The notes under the pieces were generated by a model. That model was given only the letters and a program-made list of their open reading frames with translations. It did no database searches and was not told where the DNA came from. The translations under genes were made by a program, and so were the position numbers. From NCBI GenBank assembly GCA_013265495.1, contig MU058463.1:496001-560000 (forward strand): a DNA stretch of 64,000 bases. The letters are read 5' to 3'. Shown piece after piece: positions 14,444 to 28,685 of the stretch (within the stretch, counting starts at the first letter, position 1; the number at the start of each line of letters is the position of its first letter). The stretch comes from Vicugna vicugna (taxonomy: Eukaryota).

Positions 14444-14474
<31 letters not shown>

Positions 14475-14700
14475 ATGTATATTTCAAAAACAGACAAAGC
14501 TCCTCTTCTGTTAAGTGTCAGGATGCCAGTTACAGGGAACTAGTGCCTAGAAGGAGCAAAAAGGGGCTTCTGGAATTCCAATAATATTCCATTGTGTGCT
14601 TGTTACATGGGTATGATAATTTCATAAAACCTTACCCAACTATGTGCATTCAGCATCTGAGGAATATAAATGTCACACTTTAATTAAATATATTCAAAAA
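13575..14700 (+). mobile_element. Old L1 (L1M/L1ME) fragments nested in L2
   Basis: A-rich L1 ORF2-like pieces (ACAATCATTGTGGGACTTTACCACACCTCT) and an L1ME-type 3' UTR (GGGGCTTCTGG...TTACATGGGTATG). Confidence 0.6.
14444..14475. repeat. (TAAA)8 microsatellite
   Basis: Read directly from the sequence. Confidence 0.95.
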
Positions 14701-15790
14701 TCTGGGGAATCATGAGTTTATATATGATATTTCAGAAGATTGGTTAAGGACATGAAAGAAGTATGTAAACACAGGGTGAAATAAATGAATCATTGATCAG
14801 TGTCACAGAGGGGAGCAGCAAAGGAAAATAAGAATAAAGGGCTAAACTGAAAATGTGGAAGAGAAAGTAACCATTAGTAGGTTGACATCTTCAAATATGG
14901 GAGAAGAGATGGAATCCAATAAGTGTCTGGATCTAGGTAGGATTAGGAGAAGTTTATTCATAGAAATAGGAGTGACAATGGACACATGTGCTCTAATGCT
15001 GGGAAGGAGATATGGCAGTAAAAGTTGGAGAATGGTCTCACCTCATTGCTTCCGTTTTCTTAGAGAAATGGGGGAAAAGGAAGCAGGACAAATCTGAGAA
15101 AGAAAAGGAAGAAGGAGCTGTTCAAAAATTAAAAATAAAATCTCTATAAATTATATTATGTGATAGTGGCAGAGGCACAGTCAAAGAAATGCATAATTAT
15201 GTTACTGACAGGTTTACTTGCTTTTAGTAGTAACATACTAGAAATGGACTCAGTCACTGTGTTTGTGTGTATGTGTGAATGTGTGAGTGTGCACATGTGT
15301 GCACTCAAGAGTGTTGGATGTCTTTTGTGATCATTGTTTTCTCCCCATAGTCACCTACAGAAATGATAAGGCCAAAAGAATACGGAATTGAATTAACCAG
15401 TATTGGAGAATTTGTAAGTGAATGGATAAAGGAGGAGAGGAGCAATGTCACTGAATGATCACAGAAGCTAACAGGAAAATGAGAAGAAAGGTGCGAATAT
15501 TGGCTGGGAAATGTGAGCTAGGAAGTGACATATAATAAGAGTTGGATCAATACATAGCAGGCCCCAGTGAACTGAAACAATGATGAGAGTCAGTAATAGA
15601 GAGGAAGTGTGGGTTCAAAGTACAGAGAATATGATCTTTGAACCTGAGATGATGTATGTGTTAAATTTGAAATCATTGGTGACGGCAATAGTATGACACA
15701 GAAAGTGAGATGCCAAGGAAAGAAGAAGGATAAGAATCCTGGAGGAAAAAAAGGGCAATCAATTGAGAGCATATGATATTGGAAGTAGTG
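14700..15790 (-). mobile_element. L2 LINE continuation
   Basis: Purine-rich antisense L2-like sequence resumes after the L1 insertion (e.g. AATGGTCTCACCTCATTGCTTCCGTTTTCTTAG). Confidence 0.45.
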
Positions 15791-16159
15791 CACTGACATT
15801 GTAAAAATAAAATGTAATTAACTTATGTATCGATATGGGTGCATGCAATGTGACAAATATACTAAGAGGAAACTCAGTGTGAGGGACATAAGAACTCTGT
15901 ACTAACTTCACAACTTTTCTATATATCAGATATTGTTCTAAATTTTCAAAGATTATTTTAAAAAACTTTACACATACTTATTAATGTTGCAGAAAACTAC
16001 TTCTCATTATAAGAAAAATTCAAACTGAAGAGAATGGTAAAATATGAAAATATTGATGTGAAAAAAGTGCCATAGTAGAGAATATGATCTTCTGCAACAA
16101 AATATCCAGCATATTAAAAAGTAACACTTTTAATAAGAATAAGAATAAGAAACTGTAAG

Positions 16160-16790
16160 TATGATTAATCCAAGTTGCCACTGCATCTTACCTGGACAAC
16201 TATAACAATTCATAAGTTCTTCTTTCTGCATCATCTCTATTTTTTTCTGATCTGCTCCTTGCACTACAGCTCAAATAATGATATCAAAATGCAAATATGA
16301 AGAGATCACTCTTATACTTAGCTGACAGTCAACTCCAGTTCACTGTGGCACAAAATCTTTCATGATATATGCCCTGCCTACTTTTATAAAGTAACTATGA
16401 ACCAGCTGACTTATACTGACCTTCTTCTGTTTCTTAATTACATCATTCTTAGAGTCATCATATACTGCTTAGAAACACCTGTCCCTCCTTCTTCATCTAA
16501 TCAATTTTTAATCTTTCTTTAAGTCTTAGCTAAATCATCAATTTCTCATGGAGTCTGCTCCTCATTCACCAGTCTAGGAAATGATCTTTGCAATATATGC
16601 TTATAAAACTTTACTTTTTTTTCTTCACATCAGCTCAGTCTCTATACTCCACTTAGCAAATAGTGCACTTATTTATCCTTTTTCACTGGAGTGTAGTCAC
16701 CTCTGAACCTGAACTATGTCTACTCAACATTGTATGCCCAGAGCCTAGCATGATGTCTGCTATAAAACTTTTGATATAGAACTTTTTCAA
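16160..16790 (+). mobile_element. L2 LINE 3' fragment
   Basis: CATCTTACCTGGACAACTATAACA...ATTGTATGCCCAGAGCCTAGCATGATGTCTG is a typical sense L2 3' region. Confidence 0.6.
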
Positions 16791-17874
16791 TAAAAGGATG
16801 TGGAGAAGTGTATGAGAAAGATAAAAGGTAGTTTTGTAAAAATAAACATATACCATTGGGAACAAGATCTAACATTATAAAGACTTCCATCTCCCTGGAT
16901 TCAATTTACAAGTTTATTATAATTCTGCTCATAATCCTAATTAAATTGTTCGAAATAATTTGAAAAATAGTTGTGTATTTCATCTATAAAATTAAATCCA
17001 GGAAAAATGAGTGACATGGGGGTATACAATACCTAGTATTAAAATGAATGATAAATATATAGTTTTTAATGTTGAATTTTTTGCATGAGAAAGACACCAT
17101 AGGGAAAATAAAGGAGACAGAATAAGCAATTTAATAATTAGAAAAAAAAATATACAGTAAGTGAGAAATATACTGATTTTTCAATAGCAACAGTAATATA
17201 GATAATTGGAAAAATACATTCAGATCCATAGATTATACCTAATGGCAGTATAAATTCTATCTAAATTTAATAGTTTAATATAAAAAAGTCAATAAACAAT
17301 TAGAACATATTTGTTAACAAAAGTTTAGTGAAAATTTATGGCTCATATAGTGTTTTATATATGCAATTATATATGTACAAAATATTATTTTTCAACAACC
17401 CAACCACCTTCTAATTTAAGTCACTTTTTTTACATAGGTTAGTGTGCCAATTAATGTTAATTAAATCAGATGTTTTGGTTTTCTTTGTTCTGCTTAATTC
17501 AAAGAAAATCTGGTCAGAGTAGTACTCTTATTCTTCCCAATTCTCCTTTAGTCAGTAATGAGATCCAGTGCCCTATGTATGTCAAAGAACTGGAAGGAAT
17601 TCTAAGCCTCATGAATTCTAAGCTGGCATTCTATGGGATGCATATTGTTCCATTCTATTCTGTCCCAATTCTCTACTATACTTACTTCATCTCTTCTACC
17701 TTACCTACTATAAAACATTTCCATTTCCACTGGTCTTCAGTTGTTTGGTCCATGATAATGACACAATTAGCATCCAGTATTCAGTCGATCTCACCAAAAA
17801 GGCAACTCCAGGTCAGCTGCCTATTAATCAAGTTTGCTTTACTCTCAACTGCATAGAAGAAGAATATATGGCTA

Positions 17875-18280
17875 TGTGATGAGTAATTTTATGTGTCAAC
17901 TTGACTAAGGAACAGAACATCCAGATTAAACTATTTCCAGGTCTGTCTGTGAGATTGTTTCATGTAAAATTAGCATTTGAATCAATGGACTCAGTAAAGT
18001 AGATGGTCCTCCCTAGTGTAGGTGGGAATCATTCAATCTTTGAGGGCCTGAATAGAACAAAAGATGAAGGAAGGAAGAAATAGACACTTTTCTTCCTGCC
18101 TTCCTGCTTGAGCTGGGATATAGGTCTTCCTCTGCCCTTAGACTGGGATTTATACCATTTGCTCTCCTGGTACTCAGGACTTTGGACTCAAACTGGAATT
18201 ACACCACCATTTTTCCTGGGTCTGAAACTTGCAGATAGCAGATAGTGGGACTTAGCCTGTATAACTGCATAAACCACATA
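17875..18280 (+). mobile_element. MLT2 (ERVL) LTR
   Basis: TGTGATGAGTAATTTTATGTGTCAACTTGACT...TTAGCATTTGAATCAATGGACTCAGTAAAG...GAGGGCCTGAATAGAACAAAAG matches recalled MLT2B/D. Confidence 0.85.
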
Positions 18281-21200
18281 TACAAATACATGGTGGAGAT
18301 ATACCTTCCTCTCTGTTAAGCCCATTGATAGAGAAATCAGTATTTCTTCTCCAACCCTCAATATGACCTACATAGACTCACACATTTACCAATACAAGAT
18401 CTCTGAACACTATTTTCTATGTTCTTCATATAAATTTTGATTCTGCCATACCAAATCAAAATATGTAAATCATCAGTCCAGGGTACTTTCACTCACTGGA
18501 ATCATGAAACAAAAAAACACAAGGCATACAGCATGCTTTATTGAAGAGCAACTATCAAATACCATGAATTGGTGATACAGAAGAGAGAGAGATCTACAAT
18601 TACTGCTGCTTTCAGAGTTGTCATTTTGGGGGGCAATATTTTTCATATGTTGCCTATTTTATCAGGTGACCATGCAAAAGTCAGGAGTACTTTTGAAACT
18701 GCTAACAAAGATGTGCTGTGGGAAGCTTCTTTTACTATCATTCAGCTCTAAAATGAAATAAACACATAATATAAAACTAGAAGAGACAAAAACTTTGATA
18801 TGTATATATAATTTATAGCATATGTACTTGTACTATATGTTACTCTTAATTGACAAAAATATATTAAATATTAATCAAAACATATCAACTTGTTTTTTTT
18901 AGAAGTTTGACAGATTCTAACATTTTACATTGGTTTATCTTACGTCTTCATCTCCTATTCATATCACTTCTTACTTCTTGGTGTGTATTTTAATTGTTAT
19001 ACCACTTACTCATCAAAAATACAGTTTCTCATTTAATTTTTAAAAATATTTCAATGTTCTAATTAACTAGTGCTATGCATTCTTATTTGTCTGTTTCTCT
19101 TTCCTTTTTATGACTTTTACTTAAAGTTCATCATATTAGAAACTACCAAATATCTTTTTCCCATTTATTTTTATTAATAATAATTTACTTCTGTCCTTAC
19201 ACTGTCAGTCTAAGACCACCAAGAACAAACTTGTAGCCTAAAGAAATAAAGTGTATTGATGCATTTCAATGAGGGAAACTGCAATCCAAAGAAACCAAGG
19301 ACTATCTTACAAAACATAGGAGAAAATATGATTATAAACAGGTTTTGATGGAAGGGTACAGTTAAGATGAAATTTAAATCAAACAGGCCTTTCTGTGAAG
19401 AATTCAACATCTGACTTGGATTATAAAGTGAATCTAAGAACTTTTTTCCTTGAAAACTACAAAGTTAAGGTAAATGTTTACCTCAATGTCCAGAAACACT
19501 TTATCTGAAGCTCAGCATCTGAGTTGTAAATTAAAGTGCTTCTCTATGTCAGAGTGACTTAGATCCTAAGCACAGAATTAAATCTTACTGATATCATTTC
19601 AAATAGCAAAGTTCCTGACGGTCTATGAGTTTAGAGAACAAATATTCTCAGTGAGGGAAAAAAAAAGCAGTAGTCACCCAAACACAGGGATTTTTATGAC
19701 ACCTCATAGCTGTAGCATTGCCCTGGTTGAAATATGATTTCCTAACATTTCACCTGGCTGTATCAGTGTTTACTATTTGGATCTGTTGAACTTCTGGGCA
19801 TATTTTCATTTCTTCACTGGAGCTAATATTTAGTTTCTTATTTCTATATGAATAAATATTAATTTTTAGTCATTATGCTTACTAACACATTTTTGTTCCA
19901 AAGATAGCTTTAAGATAAAGTAATGTTACATCTTCAACACTTCTTGAATTTTTATCAAGCCTACATGACATAGAATAAAAAATAAATGAACAATTCAGTG
20001 AGTCATTGAAAGCCGTAAACAAATATTTTAGAAAATAGATCAGGGGATAATATTATAAATTATCTACTTGGAGTTTCATCTCATCTAGAAACATAAATAT
20101 AATAGAACTTAACTGATATTAAATGACCAGATCTAAGAGTACTTGCTTCTTTTTTTTTTTTTTGCTACTGTTGTTGTTTTTAACTTACATACTTTCAGAT
20201 TGATACTCTGAACATCCTGATGAGAAGAGATATATGAATCTGATACATGAATATTTTAGTACAAACCCTAGTCTAATTTTAAAAATATGATGTATTAGTA
20301 AGGCTAACATATCTAGACCAACTATCTACACTAGAATGTTTAATTCTATTTTAAAGTTTATATTACCATTCAAATTTATTCTATGGACTAGAAACTGAAT
20401 AAAATACAATGATGGCAAGTACTAGGAAAGGTGAAAATGAATACGTAAAATCCAGAATGTGCGTACAGCAGGTACTGAGGCAGTACTTGCTGTACATTAA
20501 TCTTCTTAATCCCACTTGTTTGAGAAGAAAATTGGAGATTTAAAGTAACTATTTCAAGTCCTCAAAAGAGAAACCTCTCATTCTGTCTCTATTAAGGTAA
20601 AAGCTACATAGGATACTAATGTTAATAACACAACCTACTGAAACTCCCATCAATAATACATTGTGTTTCTCTGTAATTAAGAACTTGACTTCACAAAATT
20701 AATTTGCTTCTACAGTATTTCATTAGGACTTTTTTAAAATATGTAATTATTTTCCATGATTTAGAGAAGTAACGAAAGTTTAATTTCTTGAGATTAGACA
20801 TATTCCTGCTGTTCTCTTCTGGAGAATGTTTTCTGGGATCCATTAATATACAAAGCAATAGCTTTACTTTAATATTTATTACTACTGTGGTTTCACAATT
20901 ATGTATTTTTATCATTGATAAATTTCAACTTTTTCTCTTTTCCATTAGAGTACTATATTAGTATCTCTAAATAGAATACTGAATACATATTTAATTAGTC
21001 ATGAAGTGCTTGAGATGTTCCTGAAAACTTATTGAACATACAGCAAAATGTTTAATTGTGCCAAGGAAAATTATGTTGCATCTAGCTATTAATTTTGAAT
21101 TCAGTCATTATATATGCTGTTCGGTAAAACCTTTCTCTTTTTTTTCTTTTTTAACCTATAAATGTCAGTGTTGCATTTCAAAATTACATGTGGCTCAGTC

Positions 21201-21574
21201 ATGCAGTGTTATTTCAATCCTAAATTTACTCTTTAGTACTGTCCTATTTATGTCAGTTGATCCAGCCAAACCACAAGGAAATAAGTCATTAAGAAAAAGG
21301 CCAAAAAAATGAAAAATTAAATTAAAATATTAACATGAATAATAAAGTAGAGCCACAAGCTATTTGCAACAATATTTCTAAAACCTTCTGTATACATTTT
21401 ATGTAGGTTAACCAACTTTTCATATGTAATTCCATTTGATTTTATCATTAACGCCTTAAAGTACATTTAAGAATATGTAAATAACCACAGTCAAGTTTAA
21501 GCTATCACACTGGGTATTGATATAGTATTATTATTTAAACAGAGTTGACATTCAAATTTCAAATTGTCCCAATA

Positions 21575-22480
21575 AGTCTACACTCCATCATTCTGGCCCA
21601 CTGTCCAGATCGTAATGATGTTATATTTATTGGCCATCTCACTTTTTTCCCTGTCAATTTGAAACGATTTTTCAATCTTTCTTTGTCTTTCATGACCCTG
21701 TATTTTTAAAGAGCTTAGGATATTTATTGGGTAAAATGTCAAATTTAGGTTAGTTTGTATCTTCCTCATAATAAGATTCAAGCTATGCTTTTTTAACAAA
21801 AATACACTGAAGTGGCAGTGTGCCCTTCTGTGTGCATAATGCCAGCACATCATCAATGTCAGCTATTTCCATTATGGGTAAAGTTAACTTTGACCACTTG
21901 CTTAAGATGTTGTCTGGATGGTTTTTTCAATTATAAAGTTACAATTTTTCATTCTATAATTAAACAATAAACTGTGGAGAGATACTATGAAACAAATATT
22001 CTGTTTCTCATTAAACTTGCACTGGCTAATTTTAATATCCATTGATGCTAAGTCAAAATATTTCTGTTACGGTTGACAAGTTGTTTCACTAACTTCATAA
22101 TTTCTTCCACATTATTATATCATTTATGTAATATCCCTCAACATATACATATCTCTAAATAACATTTATACATATCCCTATATAAAAAGACTTCATTTCC
22201 TATTAATTTATCATTTTATTACTCAATTTGTTTACTTCATGATAGACTCAGAGATACCTATTTTATTTAATGGGCATATTACAGTATCACTATTGATGAT
22301 TTTATTATTCCATGTTTGGCCTGTATAAGTACCTTCAAGCTGTTTCCACCGACCTCTAACATGTAATTTTTATACTTGGAAAACTTTATGGTACAACAAA
22401 ATATTCCAAGAACATCTTAAAATTTCCCTCTTTTAGTTCTAGAGTTAGCCATTGTTTTCAGGACCTGTAGAAACATGTTA
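21575..22480 (-). mobile_element. L1MC-type 3' UTR fragment
   Basis: CTTTGTCTTTCATGACCCTG...GTTAACTTTGACCACTTGCTTAAGATG is typical antisense L1MC/ME 3' region. Confidence 0.65.
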
Positions 22481-22899
22481 CTTAGAAAACACCACTCTAC
22501 CTTATCAAATTGTTTATTACTTGAGTCAGATATATGATTGGCTTTCTGTTTCAATTATGTTATCATATAATCTGAAAATAGGGAGTATTACCTCTTTTGT
22601 TTTCTTATTCTAAAATCTCTGACTTCTCTTGTCTAATTACATTGATTACCTCCCCAGTACAATGTTTATAGTAGTAGAAGTAATGGATATCCTTGTCTTA
22701 TTCCTAATCTTAGTGGAGATACCACCTGTGTTTCAACTAAAATCAAGATTCAGGCTTTAGGAATATGTTTCATCCCATTAAGGAACAATCCTTTAATTTC
22801 TATTCCCTAAATATTACTATCAACAATGTTTATTGTATTTTCTTGGAGTCTTTTTTTTCTGTATCTTGAAAAAAATGATAAGTTGTCTCCTCTATTTTG

Positions 22900-23680
22900 A
22901 TCAGTTTTATTGTAGTAAAACACACATTACATAATTTTTTTCATTTTAACCATTTTTAAGTGTACATTCAGTCGTGTTAAGAGCATTCACATTATTGTGA
23001 AACCATCACGATCATCCATCTCCAGAAATTTTTCATCTTCCCCAGGTTGAAACTCTGTACCTACTAAACACTAACATTGCATTCCCCTCATCCTTCCAGT
23101 CCAACAACCATCATTATACTTCCTCTTTCTATGAATTTAACTGCTTTATATACCTCATATAAGTGTATAGGTGGAATCATACAATATTTGTCCTCTTGCA
23201 AAAGACTAATTTTACCTAGTATAAAATCTCCAGAGTCCATCCATTTTGTAACATATGTCTGAATTTCCTTCCTTTTCTAAGACTGAATAATATCCTATTA
23301 TATGTGTGTATCACATTGTTTAAATGTCATTTATCCATTGATGGACACTTGGATATCTTCCAACTTTTAGCTGTTATGAACACATGTGTATAGATATCTG
23401 TTCAAGTTCCTGATTTTACTTCTTTGGCGCAGCTAAACGGAAGTAGAATTACTGGATCATATTGCAATTCTACTGTAATTTTTTTGAGAAATCACCACAC
23501 TATTTTCCACAGCATTGCTATAGCATTTTACATTCTCTCTAACAATGACAAAGATTCCAGTATTTCAACAACCATGCCAACACTTATTTTCTTTAATTTC
23601 TGTTTTTATCATTTTGTTTTTGCTTTTGTTTTTTTATATACTAATGAGTGTAAAATGTTATCTTATTGTGGTTTTGAAAA
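22900..23680 (-). mobile_element. L1MB-type 3' end nested in older antisense L1 (about 22520-23850)
   Basis: TTTTATTGTAGTAAAACACAC...TTAACCATTTTTAAGTGTACA...TCCATTGATGGACACTTGG...GAAATCACCACACTATTTTCCACAG. Confidence 0.85.
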
Positions 23681-23869
23681 TGTCTCTCTTTAGATCTACT
23701 ATTATAATCTATAACAGCAATGGATTTACTAATATTAAAACAACCTTGCACTACTTGAGTAAATTCCACCTTATCATGTATAAAGGATTTTCTTGTGTGG
23801 TATCAGATCCTGTTTAATAATATATTATTTACCAATTTTATATTATTTTAAATATGTTTTGGCTGAATT

Positions 23870-24075
23870 CAGCTGCTGCTGCTGAGGTAAAGAGATGTTT
23901 CTGGAGAAGAGATGGCAGGAAAAATAAGCAAAACAAGAATCAAGTCTTTTCTCTCATCTGCTTATATCTAGTTTCTCCCTCATCTCCCTATTGATATAAC
24001 CTCACAGGAAGTCATCTTGAGCAGTATCCTAGCCCCTGTGTCACAGAACAGTGTATAGAAGCTTGGGTTTGGAGG
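23870..24075 (-). mobile_element. Ancient ERV LTR fragment (LTR78/LTR33-like)
   Basis: CTCCCTATTGATATAACCTCACAGGAAGTCA...ATCACAGAACAGTGTATAGAAG-type motifs resemble old ERV LTRs; family uncertain. Confidence 0.4.
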
Positions 24076-25096
24076 CCTTTTCTAAAATTATAGATTTATT
24101 TTGCTAAGTTGCTTAATATTAATTGTACAGTATTTCATCTCTAAATTATCAGTATGCTCTAATTGCTATAAAATAATATTTACATGTCTAGGGGGAGGGG
24201 AGGAGGAAGTAGACTTTACAGTACTGATGTGAAAAATCTGAATTTTCAAAAGTTTATACTATCTTTTTAGTTGTCCATTATCTTCATTGGCACTGAAAAC
24301 TTTATTCAAATTATTTTGATTTTTTGAGACCTATTTTTCATTGTATGCCAAAATACATCTCTATTATTTCTATTATAATACTATAGCTATTATACTGAAA
24401 AAAGATTTATCTACTTGAAGAATTAATGATGCTACGAGTTTACTTCATGAGGCAAAAAAAGAAATAGCCTGCTTTTATCAACTGCAAATGTCCTATGTTC
24501 CTTTTAAGGCTAATTCTTTTACTGAAGAAATTTTCATTTAATTCTTCATAAAATCAGTTTTCTTCCATTACCTTATTAAAGGTCAAAATGTTCAGGTTTT
24601 ATCTGAATTTCTCACAAATTTTAAATAGCAGCTCAATTTTAGTCATTTACAGTGGGCAGGGTAAAGAATACTATGAAAAACTTCAGTTATTTAGAGTTAA
24701 ATTAAATAATTGTAATTTAACAGGTTTTAGCCTTTTGGCACTACTTAACCTGTATAAAAACAATTCATATTGTCCTCATAGCTGTGACATTTCTGATTTC
24801 TATTCTAGTTTTCTAAAGAATTACACCTACATTTTCACTTTCAAAAATTAAAATATTTTCAGTTTTTTCCAGGAGTAAAAACACTCCAACATTTTGTGTT
24901 TCTTTCTTAATTAAAGCAGCCCAAAAGAACAAAAGAATAAACACATAGACACATACAAGGTAAGTGAATCACATTTAGTCTTTACATTTAAAATAACCCT
25001 TAGTCCTACATTTAAGAAAAATATTCAGGTTAAAATTATATGATTTCTAAGTTTCTAATATGTCAACATGGCTGTACAAATAACTGCTTTATAATG

Positions 25097-25520
25097 GGTG
25101 TCAATTAGAATTTCCAGGCACACAAAATGATCAGTCTAAAGCATTTACTTGAGACTTCAATGAAAGCAGAATTGAAAGATCCGTGTACAGGTTTAAATAA
25201 TAACAAAGGTTTGATGAAACACTCAGTTACTGGCTACAGTAAGAAGTCGTTGGACCCATAGTCCTGAAGGGGAAGAGGAAGAAAATGGTGCTAACAGACT
25301 TTGTGGCTCCAAGGAAAAGTGACCATCTGACATCAACTGAAACTGTAGAAAACCGTCATTGCTAGAACGATGGCAATGCAGGGAGCAAGAAGGAGAATAC
25401 ATATTTAACCTGTGTTTTCCATCTGTCTTTTAATTTCCTGTTAAGGCTTTCTACGTGTTGAACCTAGGGAAAATCAGAAGGCAAGGAAGCCTACTATGGT
25501 GATGCAACATATAGTGATTT
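25097..25520 (-). mobile_element. Ancient ERVL LTR (LTR33-like)
   Basis: CTGGCTACAGTAAGAAGTCGTTGGACCCATAGTCCTGAAGGGGAAGAGG...AAATCAGAAGGCAAGGAAGCC resembles recalled old ERVL LTRs. Confidence 0.45.
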
Positions 25521-25809
25521 GATTTAAGGCTTAAGTATTTCATTTGGGGAGGTGCTAATGTAAATAGTATTGTGTTTTTAAAATCAAAGTCCACTTGTTT
25601 ATTGTGGGTATATAGGAAAGTAACTGCCTTAATTTAAATAGAACTTCAAAGCTATGCACCTACTATTTGTATCATATAATAAAGTCCCCTTAAAGCAAAA
25701 ACAAAATAATAAAGCCACTTGGACCAGAATCTAGCATATAGATCACCCATATTGTAACAGTCCCTTTCATTTTACTTTTTCAACAATGCCATGAAGTAAG
25801 AATCATTTC

Positions 25810-26335
25810 TGATATACTAATTGTAAAAATTTCCTCAATTCCCCATTCCTTGTGCTCAACTCTTTGCAAGGTAATATTACTTTTTGTACCATCACATGAG
25901 AGAATCAATTTCACTCTCTCTGAATCTGAGTGAGCTTCATGACTTGCTCTGCCCAAAGGATGTGATGGAAATGCCATTGTGTCTGACTTAAGCATAGACT
26001 TCAAGAGGCCTGGCACATTTTCTCTAACTTTTCCAAGTGGATATCCCTTCGGTAGAACCAATTTTAGTCTATGCTGAAGGAGGATGTGAGATTGCATGGA
26101 GAACCAAATTTTCCTGGCCAAACTAGCTTAGATCAGCTAGATCAGCCTGGCTATTGCCAAAGAGGCCCCAGCTAAATTCAGGAGAGCCTTTTACCAATCT
26201 GCAGCTCAGTACAGACACATGAGTAAGTCAAGCTAAGACCAAAATAACCATCCAGCTGATCCACAGAATTATGAGAGATAATAGATTTGTATTATTTTAA
26301 GCCATTAAGTTTTGAGGTACATGGTAAGCAGTTCA
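25810..26335 (+). mobile_element. MaLR LTR (MLT1F/G/H-like)
   Basis: CATGACTTGCTCTGCCCAAAGGATGTG...CTTCAAGAGGCCTGGCAC...TTTTAAGCCATTAAGTTTTGAGG. Confidence 0.75.
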
Positions 26336-27149
26336 TTCCCTCATCTTTATCTATATCTATATTAATTTTTATTTTATAGAGGGAAGTTAATAAGCAGAGA
26401 TGTTAACCACAATAAAAAATGATACATTTAAGAGACAGTTTTTTTCTTTAAACTGCAAAAGTTTTTTTTTTAACTGCAAAATAGAACACTTTCATCTATG
26501 CACATTGCATCTTAGGTATAACAATGAAGCATGATTGCTCAAATAGAAATAATTATTGCTGTCTAAGTCATTATTGTGTAAATATATCTTTATTGTAATT
26601 TTATTGCTAGAGTATTTTCACTAGGTATATAATTCTAAATTTACAGTTACTTCAAATCAGTATTGAAGAGAGTATTCCATAGACTTCTGGCTTGTATTTT
26701 TTTTTATGATGTTAGTCATCAGTTATCTTTGAAAGTAATTTTTTCTTCTTTATCAGTTTTAAAGGTTTTTCTCTTTGCCTTCATATTTTTGTTGTTGTTG
26801 TCTTATTATTGTATACAAAAGAATTTGTTTTTATTTCTTTGGCTTAATGTTAATGGTGCTTCTGTAATTGATAAATGTCCCAGTTGTAAACTGTCCCCAA
26901 ATGCTGGATTTGCATGTGTATATTTACAACTTCTGACTTTCGTCCCATTAATTAACACTTTACAACCTTGTGTAATTCTAAGACAAGTTTAAGCAAATGT
27001 TTTATTGATTTTTTAAAAAAAATTTTGGTTTGGATTAGTTTTTATAACTGCTCCCAGAGAAATATTTTTTTCTAAATATCTTAGCAACAATCAAATCAGT
27101 GGTTTCTATTATCAATTTTGTAATTCATGTTATTATAAAATATTTATTA

Positions 27150-28140
27150 TATTCATTTATATGCATATTTGTATATTCCAATAAGGTATATATCAAGTGC
27201 ATAGATTCATGAAACAAACAACTATGTACTATTCACACAGCTTAAGAAATAGAATTACATCAATGTTACTGAACCTCCATCTCTGTTTTCCTTCTGAACT
27301 GCGTAGCTATCACTCTCCCACTCTAGGGTAACTACTATTCTGAATACTGTGCTTATTATTTATTTGATTTTTTTATTAGACCTTTTCTACATATTAATGC
27401 TTCCTTAACACATATATTATTAAGCTGTACATGTCTTGGGACTTTACATGAATAATATCCAATTGCAGTAGATGGCAATATGGCACGTAAAGGTGTCCAA
27501 ACCCTAATCCTTGGAAACTGAAAAAAGGGACTTCGCAGATGTGATTAAGGTTACAACCTTGGCCTGAGATGGACAGATTAACCTGGAACATGATGATGGG
27601 CCCAATTTAATTACATGAGTCCTAGAAGCAGTCCTTCCCCTGCTACAGTGAACATGTGACGAGAGAAAAGTGAGATTTACGTCCCTGCGTATGAAGATGG
27701 AGAAAGGGAACAATAAGCCATGAAATGCTGGCAGTCTCGAGAAGCTGTAAAAGCAACAGTATAGTACAGATTCTCCTTTGGAATGTCCAGAAAGGAATGG
27801 AGCCCTGCCAAACCCTTGATTTTAACACAGTGAGAACCGTGTGGGACTTCTAACCAGAACTGTGAGGTGATTAATTTGTGTTGTTTTAATTCAGTAAGTT
27901 TGTGGTAATTTGTTAAAGCAGCAAAAGACAAATAATATAGTTACTTCACATATTATTTTGCAACTTGATCTTTTTATCCAAGATTATGTTTTAATAGGTA
28001 TCTATATTAGTACAGACATTGTATTTCATAGTTTTTTTAACTGATGTATTCTATTCCATTGCATGAGTATACCATAATTTAGTTATCTATTTTTGTTAGA
28101 GGTTACTTTAATATTTTCTCTAAGAATGGCTATTATAAAC
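27150..28140 (-). mobile_element. L1ME-type 3' fragment interrupted by MLT1D
   Basis: GGGTAACTACTATTCTGAATACTG...TATTCTATTCCATTGCATGAGTATACCATAATTT. Confidence 0.6.
27464..27939 (+). mobile_element. MaLR LTR (MLT1D-like)
   Basis: CCCTAATCCTTGGAAACTG...GGGACTTCGCAGATGTGATTAAG...CCCTGCCAAACCCTTGATTTT...GTTTGTGGTAATTTGTTAAAGCAGCA. Confidence 0.88.
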
Positions 28141-28685
28141 AGTGATCCCACTTTCAGGTTTTTATCCAAAAAGAAAAAAACAAAAACAAAACTGAAATCA
28201 GGATCTCAAGATGTTCCTTGCACTCCTCTGTTCACTGAACCATTATTCACAAGGTATGGGAACAATCCAGATGTCCATTGATGAGTTAAAAATAAAGAAA
28301 ATATGGTATACCCTTAGAATGAAATATTAGCCAGCCTTACAAAACCTTGACATATGTGACAACATGGATGAAACTCAGTGACATTAGGCTAAATGAAATA
28401 AGCCAAATACTGTATAGTTTCACTTACATGAGGTATGTAATAAGAGTCAAACTTCATAGAAACAGAGTAGAATGGTGGTTACTAGAGGCTTGGGGTCAAG
28501 GGAAACAGAATGAGAAGTTGCTATTCAATGGATATAAGGTTTTAGTTATTTGAGATGAGTAAGTTCTAGAGACCTGCTATACATCATACCTACAGATAAC
28601 TGTACTCTATCGTGAACTTAAAATTTTGGTAGAAGAGTAGATCTCATGTTAAAAGTTCTTACCAAAATTTTAAAAATAATAATAG
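28141..28685 (+). mobile_element. L1MA-type 3' end
   Basis: GATCCCACTTTCAGG...TGACAACATGGATGAAACT...GAGTAAGTTCTAGAGACCTGCT...GAGTAGATCTCATGTTAAAAGTTCTTACC, then an A-rich tail. Confidence 0.85.

Noticed and set aside
17470..17856. 128-aa ATG-initiated ORF
   Set aside because: No recognisable domain or exon context; lies between repeats; compatible with chance.
20691..20915. 74-aa minus-strand ORF (MDPRKHSPEENSRN...)
   Set aside because: No convincing splice context; more likely decayed L1/HAL1-type sequence or chance.
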